From Marsupella aquatica (taxonomy: Eukaryota; Plantae; Marchantiophyta), in NCBI GenBank assembly GCA_973895155.1, contig OZ316896.1, positions 10,776,695 to 10,840,694 of the forward strand: DNA of 64,000 nucleotides, given 5' to 3'. Positions within the stretch are counted from its first letter, which is position 1, and each line of letters opens with the position of its first letter. Below are positions 35,496 to 49,809 of this stretch, piece by piece. The translations under genes were made by a program, and so were the position numbers. The notes beneath the pieces are model-generated. The model worked only from the letters and a program-made list of their open reading frames with translations, had not been told where the DNA came from and searched no databases.

Positions 35496-37449
35496 CCTAG
35501 GCAGATCTGACCTAAGCCAAGCTCATCTAACGTGATCTGACCTAGGAAGTCGGACTTAAAAAAACATTTTTATTATGGGAGTGCTTGCGCTCTTGTTTGT
35601 TTAGGTTTGATTGGTCCTCACCTTCTTCCCCCCTTTATTCTTAAACAAAAGGATTTTCAGGGTTAAAAAGAAAACAATTCATAAATCTAGGAATTGATGT
35701 GGCATGGAAGAATTAGTAAAAAAGTAAACCTAACAACTGTTTCCATGGTATGTGAAGTGAATCAATGTCTTTTTGCATATGGATGGACATTCTTATTGCT
35801 AGTTGTGTTGATACACATGTATGAAGGAACCAGTGTACAACATACAAGCTATGTTGACTTAGAGATGTAGGGTGTGTCCATGACCAAAATGAAAATTTCA
35901 CTACATACTAACACCATACATTGGCCATAGTTTTGGCAAGTCACAAGCTGAGCTCTGTGACACAATAAATTCTCTCTCCACTCTCCAACTCTTGACCATT
36001 GATATCTAGTGTGAGCACAATGAAGTGTTCCTCCAAGGTATAGGCCCTCTCCACTAGTCTAACCTCAGCAGCACTTAAACATGGTTAAGTTTTGCTCAAA
36101 CAGTTAACTTATTTAGCTACTTGCTAGAGTTAAGTATCAACAAGTTGTTAACACTTTCTACTTTCAACAATGTTGTAATGGATGGGGCACTTGTACAAGA
36201 ACCCTACACCCTAATTCTCCCCTGCCCCCCACCCCCTTCCCCTAATCACATCAAACAACTTTACTAATTTTTTAGCACCAAACAGATTTTGCCTTTAATT
36301 TGGTAGAGTTCATTTGATAGAAAAGTGGTTGGAAAATGAAAGGTCAAGGTTACTAACAAATCCCAACTAGACCCACATACTGGTTATCCCTGTGAATGTA
36401 AGAAATGAAGTAATGTGCTGGGCTTTCACTCAATCCTGTCCCCTTTTGCCTACCCTTTTGCCATTCAAACAGGGGGAGGAAATATGGAAATTGGGATGGA
36501 AACATTCTTCCCACAAGAGCCCTCAGAAAAGTAGCGGTCAATCTAAACACTTTAATATAAAATTTGGCTCTTTTGCATGGTCTGGTTACAAGATATGATT
36601 TTGGCGGGAGGCCTCCCTGGTTGGTCGATTAGAGTGATATTTTTTCCTACCCAGGAGATGGACGTATAGGTGCCACTGAGCACATTTCCAACGCCCAACC
36701 CGTCACTCTTTCACAGCTCAGACCTCATTGAGATCCTCTTGCCAAGCCGCTCTATTGTAACATCCTTGTGTCCGGCCATGCTTGACCATCTCACTTATAT
36801 TTTGACAACACTTCCGCTCAACATCACATGATGAATGGATATACTCTTTGGCAAGAGCACTCACAAATAATAATGGTTAATTTAGACTATAATTTGCAAT
36901 TGATATCTACCCTTCATGCGCTATGCATTCTCGAGTGAAACTATAGGCCTTAAATTTCTTTGGTAGGATAAAATTTTGATTAGAGGACCCAATGGCAAGC
37001 CCATTAAAAACTGATGGTACTTTAAGTAAGTTAGTTGTTCTTTTTGGATAATTATTCTTAGGATGTTGTTTGTGTGTGACTTGGTACATAAGCATCCTAA
37101 GCTGCATCAAAAGAGTTTTTAGCCATAATTTTATGGTCTCAAGCCATTTTGGGCTGAGAATTTCTTACAATGGTAATTAGCTTGGGGAACTATTTCCAAT
37201 TTTTCTTAAGAAAATGGACATCCCAAAACTTTCTGACCGCCCTCATCAAACCAATCAGATGAAAGAGATTGAAGAAACAACTACAACTAAAAAATGGGTT
37301 GTTAGGATTTGGGGACAAACTTAAGAAAGAAATAAAATGGGTGGAATGTTTGGGTGGGCAAGGAGGGGGAAAGAAACATGGGGTTGCATATAGCATCAGA
37401 AAGCAGGAGAACATGTGTTAGGTTGACAGGTATTAAACCATAGGGTACA

Positions 37450-38165
37450 CAAACTAATTTTGATATTAAGGTATGTCTTTTTGTGAGTGCATGATTCTCA
37501 TTGAGGCTATGGAAGCAAGAAATGACTAAATTTGATATTTAGACTATCCGTTTGTGAGTCATGATTCTCATTGAGACTATGGAAGCAACACCTTACTAAT
37601 TTTGATATTTAGACTATCCTTTTGTGAGTCATGATTCACATTGAAGCTATGAAATCAAAACCCTGACTAATTTGATGTTTAGACTATAATTTTGATATTT
37701 AGACCATCGTTTTGTGTTGTGAGTCATGATTTGCATTGAAGCTTTGAAAGCAAAACCAGACTAATTTTGTTATTTAGACTATCGTTTTGTGTTGTGAGTC
37801 ATGATTCGCATTGAAGCTATGAAAGCAAAACCTGACTAATTTTGATATTTAAACTATCTTTTTGTGTTGTGAGTCATGATTCGCATTGAAGCTATGAAAG
37901 CAAAACCTGACTAATTTTGATATTTAGACTATAATTTTAATATTTAGACAGTTTGTGAGTCATGATTCGCATTGAAGCTATGGAAGCAACACCTGACTAA
38001 ACACCTGACTAATTTGATATTTAGACGATTATCCTTTCGTAAGTCATGATTCGCATTGAAGCTATGGAAGCAACACCTGACTAAACACCTGACTAATTTG
38101 ATATTTAGACGATTATTATCCTTTCGTGAGTCATGATTCGCATTGAAGCTATGGAAGCGACACAT
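37450..38165. repeat. Tandem array of ~60-80-bp units (~10 copies) directly upstream of oxidoreductase 1
   Basis: gtgagtcatgattcgcattgaagctatggaagcaa...ctgactaattttgatatttagac is repeated head to tail. Confidence 0.92.
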
Positions 38166-39168
38166 GACACATGAGGTAGCAAGCAGGCAGGCAGGCAGGG
38201 GAAGGCGAAGCGAGAAAGTGGGCAGTCACAGAAAACAGCTTCTTCTGTGAATTCGATCGCAGGAATAGTACAGTGGTGGCGGATTAGCGAGCCGTGGTCG
38301 AAGCGCAGTAGTGCCGGCTTGATCTGGGATTCGTGTGGACCGTGCGTAACATTTCATTTTGTTCACCACGTTTCGCGAAGTGGGTGCAGCTGCTGTCGCC
38401 ATTCGGTGGCCCTTCTTCCCCTGTTCTGGCACAGCCGTGTCGGTATGTATGTCCCGATCAGAATTAATCAATCATATGTTTGGATGGTATCCTCATATTG
38501 CTCTGGAGCTGTTTCCTGATCGGAGATGGATGATTGTGTTGCATTGCATTGCATTGTTTTGATTGATTGATTTATGGATTGATGAATGAATCCGGAATGA
38601 GGTTGATTCATCCCCGTCGTTCGTTCTGTTCTCCGTCAGTCAGGATTGGGCATTTCGTACATTGGTCGTTAGATGTCACAGTTTACAAAGACCCTTACAA
38701 ACTTTTGGGGTTCACCTTTGTATCTTTCAATGAGAATGTGCTTCTGGAGAGATGTTTCTGGGTATGACGACAGCATTTCTTATGCTCGAGGCAATGCCAT
38801 ACCGTTTCCTGTAGTGTAGTGATTGAAAAGGAACGAAATCTGTGAACGAATTTGAAAATTGGACAGCATTGATTTGGACCGGAAGGATAATGCTGCAATG
38901 TAGATAGATTCTGGCCGTGGTACGAGTGAATGCTGGATGCGAAGGGATGGTTTTGGTGGAACTTATTGAGTTTTCAGGAGACGTCAAGATGGAGATCTGA
39001 GATTTGGTGCCGTTGGTGGGTCGTGCATGTGTTGAGGGGGGGAATGCTACCTTGATGGCCTGGGTTGTTTCTCGTTCGCTGGCTGACAAGCGTCCAATTG
39101 TTTTCCACCACTCTTCGCTGTTGTGAAGTCTGGGACGTACTCTCTGACCTTATGCAGGGTAGGCAGCA

Positions 39169-42100
39169 ATGGTAGAAAAGGTCGGATTGGCTTTGCTCGG
39201 AGCGGGCGTGTTTGCATGTGCACAGTATGTGCCCAACTTCAGAGATCTGTCTGAAATAGTGACTCTGCGAGCTGTGTGGAGTCGATCACAGGTTCGTTCC
39301 TGTGTATCTCCTCTTCGAATCCTCTTCAATGTAGTCTACAAAACTATGAGCACGAGTGAGGTTTTTTGCAATTATGTTGATCTAGTCATCGGCGACACTT
39401 TCAGGAAATTATTTTTATAGCGTGACACAATGAGTTCTGAAGCTAATGCGAGGAGCCACCAACATTCTGGCAATGGTGTTTCACTGTTGTGACTTAGCAA
39501 GCCTCTTGAATCAGGGGAATTCTGCGTGCCAGTCTGTTGTTTGGTGACCGTTTGCCCTCTGGCGATTACAGGAAGTTGCTTTAGAGGGAGCAACTCTGGT
39601 TAAGGATTTTTCCCCGGACGTTAAAGCAAAGTGGGGAGATGAAGGACTGGAGGACATCCTCGCAGATGAGAACATCCATGGAGTGGCCGTGGTTCTTCCT
39701 GCACAAGTCCAGGTTCATCTTCAAAACTCCATATGCAGTAAACACAGTTAAAAGCAGGTGCTTGATGTTTGGAGCAAGAAATGCTGCAGGATGCTAACCT
39801 GATAAGCACAATTGTGATTCGTTTATCATCATGGGACTTGACTTGTTTACACTCAGTTACTTAAACTTGTCAACAACAGGGGACTCTGAAACTTAATCTA
39901 ATACTTTGAGATGACATACTGGTCAGGTGCTTCTTGGTATAAGCTTTAATCCCAAAGCAAGTTGAATGTTTGTTTACATTTGAAATATTCAATGCTGCAG
40001 TTGAAGTTTGTTTTAAAGGCGCTCGAAGCGGGAAAGCACGTGCTACAAGGTAGCATACTATTTGACTCGTCCTCCGTTTGTCGCCATTTTACGACAACGT
40101 TTTGCGATTTTGGTATCTACCTTGGGTCTAGGCCTTGTCTAGAGGAAGAATATCTAGAGAAATCGAAATTTCCAGCTCCGGTATTAGTGTATTTTCAGAT
40201 AACTTATTTTTGTAAAAGCTGAATCAACTTGTGTTTTGCGTGGAAAAGGATTGATAGTAGGCATTCTGGCCCCTGAAATTCACTCTTAAAATCAAATAGA
40301 TATGCCTTTGCTGCTATACGAGATTTGTTGCATGCCGTTATTGATAACTGCGTTTGTCGTTGTGCGATTTCAACACGGTTACCTCGCTGTGGATGATGAA
40401 GAAAAACCTGCTGGTACAAGTGAGTGTTCTAATACTGGTATACAGATGCCCTATTTGATTTGAATGTAAAGGAGATTAATTAAGCAGCAAGTAGCTGTGC
40501 TGGATTTCTCGAAAAGGCCGAATGCTTGTCGATGAGTTTCATCCTACGTGACGCTCAAAAATCTTGTGTGTAGTGTCACTGCCCTAAGGTAGGTGTGCAT
40601 GTAGAATCACTCGAACGTTTCCCATACATTTGCGGAGTACATTTTTTAAAGACACCAAGGATTCCTCCACTGCTTTATATGTGCTCTGTGGTCAAGTCCA
40701 TGTCTCTTAGGGGTTTTATTTCTCCACTCTTTGTGTCATTCTCTTTGCATACTTGGGCACAATGGAGTTAAGGATAGCTGATTGGAATATGTTCTCAGAT
40801 GTAATGGAAGTGAAAAAAGCGTTGGCAAAATATGCGGCCCTATCTGCATCTGGTGCCAAGTTGCCCATCTGGGCGGTTGCTGAGAACTATCGGTTTGAGC
40901 CCGCGCTGTTGGAGGTAAGCTGCCGGATCTCCCTGTAAAGAAAAAAATGTATCCATTCGAATAGGATGCGAGAATTTCTGGCATTTTCACCTCCTATTCA
41001 AATGCTTGCACTGTAGCTACTTGAATTTGTTTGAAGAATTTCGTCGCAGACGACTCAATCTAGTGCTGTTACCAAGGACCATGTTTCGCCAAAATGAGAC
41101 GATGGACAAAGAGAAACACCATTCTCATTTTGACTGAATGTTATGTTAGGCTGCAAAATGGGTTAAGGAGGCTGGAGATGTGTGTGCAATTCACGTGACT
41201 GCTGAAGCTGCAATGAACAGTGCCAACCCGTACTTTCATAGTGCGTGGCGGCGGGATCCAGGTTTGAAGGTTAAGCATTACATTCGTGAACTCTTTTGAA
41301 ATCGGCCTGAAATTTGTAAGAGATACGGTATTTAGTAACATTGTCCAATGATGCGTAATCTTTTAGCTCGCTTGAATTTGGATCTTCAAAGAACCCCTCT
41401 ACTAAGTGCCTTAAAATTTGAGCTTTGCGTATTTTAAAGAAGAATTGCAGCTATCATGCGTTTCTCAACCATAATTAACGTAGCTGTCAAATGGGTTGAA
41501 TGCAGGGTGGGTTTGTGCTAGATGGAGGAGTCCATTTTGTTGCCGGCTTGAGACTGGTAGTATCTTCAATCCAAATTTCCATGATTCTCCCCTCTGGTCT
41601 GTGCTGCTTCCACTGGCAAATGCATTGTCACCATTTGATGAATTATGGCCAAGTTCCTCGCTTCAGCTCAGATCAAGACCCTCTCTACCTCTGACGGATT
41701 GATCAGATATAAAAGTTTTATCATAAGGAATCCTCCTCCTTCCCTCCGTACTTATGGTCATGACCTCTCCTCCCGACCAGAAAATAACAAACTGCAAGCA
41801 GTTGATGATTACCCCTGATATGAGCGAAGCTGTGCCTTTAAGGACACAAGCCTGCAAGGGCTTGTCGTAGAAAATGCAATACTGGCTTCCTAAAATTTCT
41901 CATTCTGAGATTCTTGTTTCATTGTGTTCGTAGTAAGCACAAATCTCCAGAATCCTTCTATATTCACAGACCTCTGGTATTTCTATATGACAACTCTCGT
42001 TGAGAATTTGAATATATTGTTAGATCAATGGTCTTGCTCAAATAAGGCTTCTGAGCGGTACCTGATCCTTGGTTGGACGGTGTTTTAGTGAGTGATTTAC

Positions 42101-43903
42101 GTAATGCATCCGGTCAGGTCTCTTCGTGCCCTTCAAAAGTTATGTGCTGAGTTGGTTTTACGTCCGATGCCAATATGGTATTATGGTACAGATAACTGGT
42201 GCTGAAGTGACCTCGGTGTCAGCAATAGCCAGGCATCTTGATTCTGGATTACCTCCCCCGGACAATGTCTCTGCACTGTTGTAAGCTCGCACTCTCGTCA
42301 AGACAGTGTTGAATATTTTCGCCAATGATCTTTCTGCAAATGCCTGCTTCGCTTTTTCAAAGATAAATTATCCGCTTGCCATTTGCTGCTTGCATCTGAT
42401 TGAAAACGTTTGAGTTATTGATATTTTGTCTACAGAACTCTCTTCTTTAGGAAATGAGTTCATGTTTGGCTGGACACTATGCGAGAAGCTTTTTTGGAAA
42501 CAGTAAGAAGTCACAATGTCTGTACCAGCCACTCCAGCATACCGAGTCAATAGTGAAACTCTTAGAATTGCATAACCATCAGTTATAGGGTCCTTATCAT
42601 TGAAATCGGGGTAGAGTCCATTGGCTGCCATGTGTTTCCTTCTTCACTGAAGTGACACGTGTTAACATATGATAATCCTTTCCGATGCTTATTTCTAAGA
42701 TCAATGATACGAAGAAATATTTCCATGTGTGGTTGACTTGTCTTTGGATTGGTGCAGCCAAATGAACAATGGATGCACAGGAACGTTAGTGATGTCCTTT
42801 TCAGCCATCACCAAAAAGGTTATTTTCATAATGACTGACTATGGATTCCTTGGCTTCTGTTTCGTAACTTCCCGACTTCCCCTTTGGAATGACAGCCATC
42901 TGGGTATAGTCTCAAAGATGTACTGCATTCTATTCCCATGATCAGACATATTTTACCGGTCATATTTGTTGTGTTACAACGTCCGTCTCCTAGGAGCTTT
43001 GCTGATACTCATATCTGATCCTAAAACTCCCCTGAACAGGTGGGCTGGCGGGTACTGTGCTCAAAGGGGACAGTTGAAGTTGAACGTAGTACACAGGATG
43101 CAAAACATGGTTACTTGGTGGGCCCTTCTCTCTTATGCGAATATCTATCTCATGTCTAGTCAAGAATCATCAGGTTATTATCAGTCTAGGTTGTCATCTG
43201 GTTCACGTCATCAATGGTGAGGGTTACAAAATTTCAGAAATAAACTGCCGCCCAGATTCCTGTGCGCACTAATTGTTTTTCGGCTCGTAGTTTGTACAAC
43301 TGCATTCGTTGTTCCATGTCTGTAGACAAGTTTAGCTGATCACTTTTGTTGTCATCTTATTTTTTCCCGTCTTGAGAGAGGTATTAGCGCCATGAAGTCT
43401 CTCTAACCAAAGCAGAAATTTTATATTTACTTTTTTTCACACCCTGCATGCAAATGTGGGGTATGTTGCAGGTAACCTTTTTTCCTGTAGCGGGAAAGGC
43501 CAAGAAGTTCTTTGGCGCTTTTGCTGGGGTGCACGAGGAAATAAAAACCTTTGCATTAGATGTCGCTAAGGTGGTGCACGAGGTGAGTCTATTATTTCAG
43601 GAAAAGCTGGGGATCTTTCCCACTTATAAACGATCTGAACTAGAAGGACAATTGTTCATAGTTTGGCCAGGTAAAGACTGCTCACCTCATCAAGCCGAGA
43701 TCTCTGTCGTATCTTTCGCTCTACTAAGCTTCTGCGTGGGGATTCTGTTCCAGGGAAAGGATGCGAATTCGGCAGACAACCGAAGTTCAATACCAGAGGC
43801 ATTGTGCGACGTAGCCGTCATAGAGGCATTTTTGAACTCAAGTGATGCTCAAGGGAGTTTCGTGCGTGTTGAGGGAGTACAGCAGATTGAGGCTTCGTGC
43901 TAA
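39169..43903 (+). CDS. Gfo/Idh/MocA-family NAD(P)-dependent oxidoreductase, paralogue 1 (12 coding exons)
   Basis: Motifs LALLGAGVFA (Rossmann), ALEAGKHVLQEKP, WAVAENYRFEP and GGFVLDGGVHFVAGLR. Approximate GT-AG exons: 39169-39291, 39572-39712, 40001-40049, 40402-40419, 40799-40914, 41150-41269, 41506-41556, 42192-42280, 42758-42818, 43040-43117, 43472-43582, 43754-43903. The frame is continuous. A probable 5'UTR intron spans about 38443-39157. Confidence 0.93.
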
Positions 43904-46133
43904 GCTATGAATTGCCCATAGTTCACTGGGTCTTTGTTTGAGATGAATTGCATCAACTCCTAGTGCTGCACCTTGGAGATTTTAGGAATGACGGAACAAC
44001 ACCATCGAGCCGTGAGAATTGCAGCTTGGGCCACCAATGCTGTAAACTTTCCAGTCATGCTTGTTGCGTGTAACATAACATTCTTCTCCTAAAAGGCGAG
44101 GTTCAATTTTGAGCAGGCTGCAAGTGATTTGCAATCAGGTCCTTCCATTGAGGGTTAAACTGACTTTACAGAGGGGATGGAGATACAGGTAGCGAAGTTC
44201 GGCACGAATTGAGCCATTTCCTTGCACGCAACCGTGGATGTTATTGTTATCCAGACATAAAAGCCCTATGCTTTACTACAGCGTAACTGTGCAGCTGCAG
44301 GACTTTTCTGTTGTGTATCATTCCTGTTCATGTTGAAGACCTTAAATTGAAGAATGTTGAAAACTGTATTCGATTTTCTTTGCATTGTCCTACCGTTTGA
44401 GATCAACTTAAAAACTCACGCCAAAGGATCTCCGCGATCCGTGTCTGGCATGCCATGAACAGTTGGAACTGGTAAACACATGAAACTTGCACTATATTTC
44501 CGTTTGTCAAAGGCCAGATTCACATTTAATTCAGCTACAGACTCCTTATCCCACCGCAAATGATCCCCTCTAAAAACAAATCTCGCAAATATATCTAAGG
44601 GACCTACTAACTTGTCCAATCCATGCTCCACACTTGCTTTATTTGAGATACTACTGGGCAAAATCCATGCTCGCAGGCGGTTGTAAACATCTGCGTCCTT
44701 CTTGGAGGACTATATGTTCAACATCTTGCACCACCTTGACAAAGACAGCATCCTCTTAAAGATCTGCTAAAAATTGTAGGCTCCCTGGTCACTTCTCTTG
44801 CCATTGCTATTGCCATTGCTATTGCCTCCTAGCTTGTCTGTTAAATATGAAGAGATAGAGTGTTCGAATCCAATTTGTGAAAGTGCAATGCCAAGCCTCG
44901 CCAAATTGTCGACCAGCAACATTCAGTCAGGGCTCCCGGCATGAGTTGCAGTTAAAACATTTCTTTCCCAATAAGCCAACGCCTTGTTGACCGAAATGAG
45001 AAGGGGGCAGATCCCGTCTGTGGACTTGTCGAGCAGAAGGAACGGTGGCGCAATGTAGGGGGCCTGGAGCTCTCGCTTGGAGGAGAGACTAGTGAGGACA
45101 GCGTTCCTAGCACTTATTAGAATTCAGTAATGGCCTCCTTGAAGGTGACCCGGCATGATCTTTTTTCAAGGTCAGCACGACAATTTAGCTCTTGTCAGTG
45201 GCGGCTGGACTTGTTCAGCCCCCTATATTCACAGATAGTGAGATAGAGCTGACGGTCTCAAAGTCCTGATGGTACTCAGTTAGACTTGTCATCGGCTCCG
45301 TTCCCTGCTTCCCTTGCCTATGATCCTTGTCGGGGGAAACACTCGTTCTGAGTATTTTATTGTTTCCAGTGAAGACCTTCCAAGGTAACTTTTTGAGACA
45401 AAAGACTGATTGATGTAGGGTGACTTTCCCACCTGCAGGCTTCTATTGTGGGACCAGGATGTGGTCGCACCAGAAATTTGAGCCGATGATTGATCCTTAA
45501 GTTCCTTTTGATCGAGATAACCGGGGCTCACGCTTTTTACTTTTGCCTTGGATGTAAGATCCCTAGGTATCCTCATCCTTAGTTGGCTGGCCAACTGGGT
45601 TGCATACTCCAAAACGATGGTCGTTACATGCTCCGAAGGTGATCGTCTACTACTGATAGGTGTATCTTCTTTCGGTTTCAAGGAGATACAGTAGGAGGGC
45701 AGCCACGTCGGACCAACCCAGGGGCCCAAAGAGGACCGATACGGCTCTCATTTTTACGCCCCTCTCTCGCTGTGGAATCGTGTCTTTGATCATCAATAGA
45801 GTTTACAGAGCCATTGCTAGTATTTTGAGCAGGTAGGGCAGGTGTGCCAGGTGTTTGCTTTTGGTAACAGAGTGCATGCAATAATGTTGAAATTCAATGA
45901 TATCAAGACTTCGACAGCTCCTTTATTGTTGAATGTAGATGTATATGTGTGTGGAGTCATGTGTTTGGACCGGTCACTAGGAATTGAAATGTTTGGAAGT
46001 GTTCGTTGCCTTGCTCCCGTTCTCGTTCTCGTAAGAGGATAAGATTTGAATGTGCCTCGCAGCACTCTCAGGATTTTAGAGGAGGAGCTGATATTTCTTT
46101 CGCTTGATTCCCCTTTTGCTCTGGAAGGTTGAG

Positions 46134-49100
46134 ATGCCAGAGAAAAAGCCTACCATAGCATTGCTGGGTGCTGGCCTGTTTGTGCGCTCCGATTATGTCC
46201 CCTGCCTACGAGAGCTCTCCGAGATTGTATCGTTGCGAGCAATCTGGAGTCGGTCTGAGGTTCAGCCCTGCCAGCTTTGTTTATTCTCTGCTATGCCTAT
46301 TAATTATTGCCAAAGAAATACAGAATTGAGAAACCAAAGAGAAGGTAGAATGTGATTTCAGTTTGCACAAAAGTTTGCTAGGCAATGGTGACCACATCTA
46401 CAAAGTCACATCGTCTCTAACTATTCCAAGGAGTACGATACGTCGTACGCCTCATGTATTGGTTTGAACAGTAATCACGTCATTCGGGTACAATTACTGT
46501 AGTTATCCCAATCTGCTTACGATATTATCTACTTCCCTGCTTGCAAACAGGAATCTGCAACAGCGACGGCAGATCTGGTGAAAGACTTTGCCTCGGATGT
46601 GTTAGTGAAATGGGGAGAACCTGGATTGAATGAGATATTTGTCGATGAGAGCATTGACTCTGTTGCAATTGTGCTTTCTGCGACAATTCAGGTTTCGAAC
46701 GTCTAGTTTAAGTATTTTCTCTAAATTGCAGTTTCTAGGTGCAGAATTGAACTTGACCTTTTTCTTTCCTGAGTAATTGAACAGTCAACGAAATGTAAAC
46801 AGTGCATCTTAGATTTCAGGGCGTGATAGCAGCCGCATACAAGATACAGTCATTGTGGATCGTCCATTAGATGCAGCTCATGCCTTGGTGTCCTTTGGTG
46901 ATGTCAGCTGGATATCGTACTCAGAGCCCTTGAGGCAGGAAAGCATGTGCTACAAGGTCGGTCACCCAAGTGATCATTTATGTCATGATCGTTTTTGATC
47001 TTCAACAACTCGGAATTTTTTTGTTTAACATATGAAGGCTTTTGTGCCACATCTGGTCTTGTACAGACATGGCAGTGCCCAGGTTCACGGGGACACTGAA
47101 TGGCAGTGCAACTGAGTAGAAGAATAGGGAAATTGCGTATTTCTTCTTTTTGGTTTCTAATCAATGTAAATGTCATGAGGGATCACGTTTATCGTCTTCG
47201 TGTGAACTTACTTTCACCTCGAAAAAGTTGCTTATTTTTCTACTGGTTTGTGACTGTGATCCTCTACATCAACTGCCGGCGATGAAGAAAAACCTGTTGG
47301 AACGTGTAAGTGGTTTCAAAGGTTCATCTTTCTTGAATCAGCATGCTACTATGTCGAGAAGTCAATCGTGCGTACATAGTGTGAGTGTAGATGTATTATT
47401 ACTTCGCGTGTTCATTTTGTCTTTCAAATAGTGCCATGCCTCTTGAACGCGTGCTGTCTTACAGCTGTCCATCAAGTGCGTGATGTGTTTGCCACCTATG
47501 AATCCCTGTCTTTGTCCGGAGGGAAGCCAATATGGGCAGTTGCTGAAAATTACCGGTTCGAAACAGCCTTTAATGAGGTAATTAAACTCCTGTAAATGGA
47601 AGTAATGGTGATTGTTACCTTTACTAAAGAGCAGTGTATTTGGATTTCCTTTTGCCTTGCAACCTACCCACCTAGCTTACCAACCTTGTGTAGTATTATT
47701 TCATATAGTGAGCGGATTGTGTCATAGGGACTACCCCTTGGCTGGGGTTGGCAATTTGATTGTACCTGGACCAAAGGTGGCAATGTCAGGGGCCGAGTCG
47801 TAGTTCCTTGGCTGGTATGAGAAACTATATTCTCTTATGTGCCTCTTGTTACGTCTCTTCACTGCAGGCAGCTAATTGGGTGAAAGAGATCGGAGAGCTC
47901 ACAGCTGTCCATGTGACAGCCTATTGCCCAATGAATGAAGAAAACATGTATTTTGAAAATGCAACCACTTCTTGGCGAAAAGATTTCAAGGTTAGTATAG
48001 TAGTGGAAGCTTGTTATTAAATAACTCAGTGATGATTATAGGAACGATATAACCTCATGAACCTCTCTATGCCTAAAACTTTGCTTGTCAGACCCTTCCA
48101 ATCAGAGTTTATGGGAAGTTTCAATGAGATATTCTGATCCATGTATCGACACAGGGCGGTCTTCCACTGGATGGAGGAGTGCACTTTGTGGCTGCCACGA
48201 AGCTGGTAATTCCTTACATCTACACACATTGATTCTTTGGCCTGTAACTTATTTTGTGCTTCTAATAGCAGCTTAGTACTCCGTGTCACCTATTGAAACA
48301 TGTTTTAAAGAACATTGCTTGTCATTAAATGGAGATAAGATGATCACTTGGATTGTGCGAGAGTGTAATCTGTGGCTAAAATTTGCAAGTATTTCGCAGA
48401 TGACTGGGTCTGGGATCAAGTCCGTGGCAGCCATTGTCAGACATACTGACTCTAAGTTGTCCCAAGCAGATACAGTGGCGACACTTATGTAAGTATGAAG
48501 CCCTCACACTTATGGTTATTGGGATGTCAGTGGAAGGAGCTTTTGGACAACATCGATGCAAGGCTGCCCTCATGTTTGAGATTTGTACTAACTGCTAAAA
48601 GCAATATTGCTAAATGCATGAGTTGCCCTAGTTAAACCCTAAAATCTACGAGGCTCGTTGAAAAAACTGATGCCCTTTCAGAAAAATGGCAATTTGCTCT
48701 CCCTATGGAAGGATACGTATGGGGGTTTTGGAAGCTGCTTGGTCGTTTTGAGAGAAGAGCCGCGAGAAAGATAAACTCATGACACCCTCTTTTGTAATGC
48801 TTTGCAGGCAATTCACCAATGGATCTGCAGGCGTGCTTATGATGTCCTGGAATGGTTCCCTCAGATTGGAGGTTGTTCTACAACAGAAAATGTTTTTTGC
48901 TTTGAATACTCGTAAATTGACCGCGTCTTGCGCGATATCGGAATGACTTTTATGCTTATTACTGGTCTCTGATAGGACTCTTAACAGCGTTTCTCTTTTA
49001 AGCTCGTGATGCACGCTTTATGCAGGTCGTCTGGCGTTTCTTGGGTTCCAAGGGAGAGGTTAGAGTTGAAACGGAAACCCAAAATGGCAAGTGGGGCTAC

Positions 49101-49809
49101 CAGGTGGAGTTGTTATCTTCTACGTTCTTCCCCCCCTCATAGATCTGAAGACGTTTGCTTGCCTTCGTAGTCTTGAATTACCATTCTTCGTTGCTCGCAG
49201 TTTTGCATTGCGATGGCTTGGACTGAGGTGTGTGATCACGATTGCTGGTTGGTGGCCTTACCTTGGTGACAATATAGTTCTGTGAATCATCAGGTCCGAC
49301 TCATTCCTGTTAACGGCAGTGATCGAAGATCAAATTTTCATCCTACTTCTGGGGTTTTGGAAGAGTTGAGAACCTTTGCAGGGAATGTCTCAAAATTTGT
49401 TTTCGAGGTAACGAATATTTACCTTCTTGATGAAATCATCCCATTGGGATATAAACCCACGTGGCCCCTACGAGACTGAAAAGTGTACAGAAAAAGGGGA
49501 CAAATTGAGGTCAAAATGGTGCAATATTAGGAGTTGTCAATTGGATTTCTATTCGAAGTTCTCTGCTAAAGATCAGGTTTATGAGTTAATGAGCCTGTTA
49601 GTGGCTGACAAGGAAGTCAATAAAACATTTTGCTATATCTAGACCACCTGCTTGTTTGATTTGTGGACATTCTGTTTGTCTTGCAGGGAAAGGATGCCAG
49701 TATAGCTGATCCACGAGGCTCAGTGCGGGAGGCTATCAACGATGTAGCTATCATTGAGGCCATTTTCAAATCAAGTGCGATGGAGAGCTTTACTCATGTG
49801 GAGGAGTAA
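46134..49809 (+). CDS. Gfo/Idh/MocA-family NAD(P)-dependent oxidoreductase, paralogue 2 (12 coding exons)
   Basis: Motifs IALLGAGLFV, ALEAGKHVLQEKP, WAVAENYRFET and GGLPLDGGVHFVAATK. Exon pattern matches paralogue 1 (approximately 46134-46259, 46551-46691, 46908-46956, 47288-47305, 47465-47577, 47868-47990, 48155-48205, 48400-48488, 48808-48871, 49026-49103, 49294-49407, 49687-49809). Confidence 0.92.

Noticed and set aside
44400-46065. ORFs between the two oxidoreductase genes (e.g. 45289-45729, 146 aa)
   Set aside because: No recognisable motifs or splice-consistent structure; probably decayed repeat or UTR/intron sequence.
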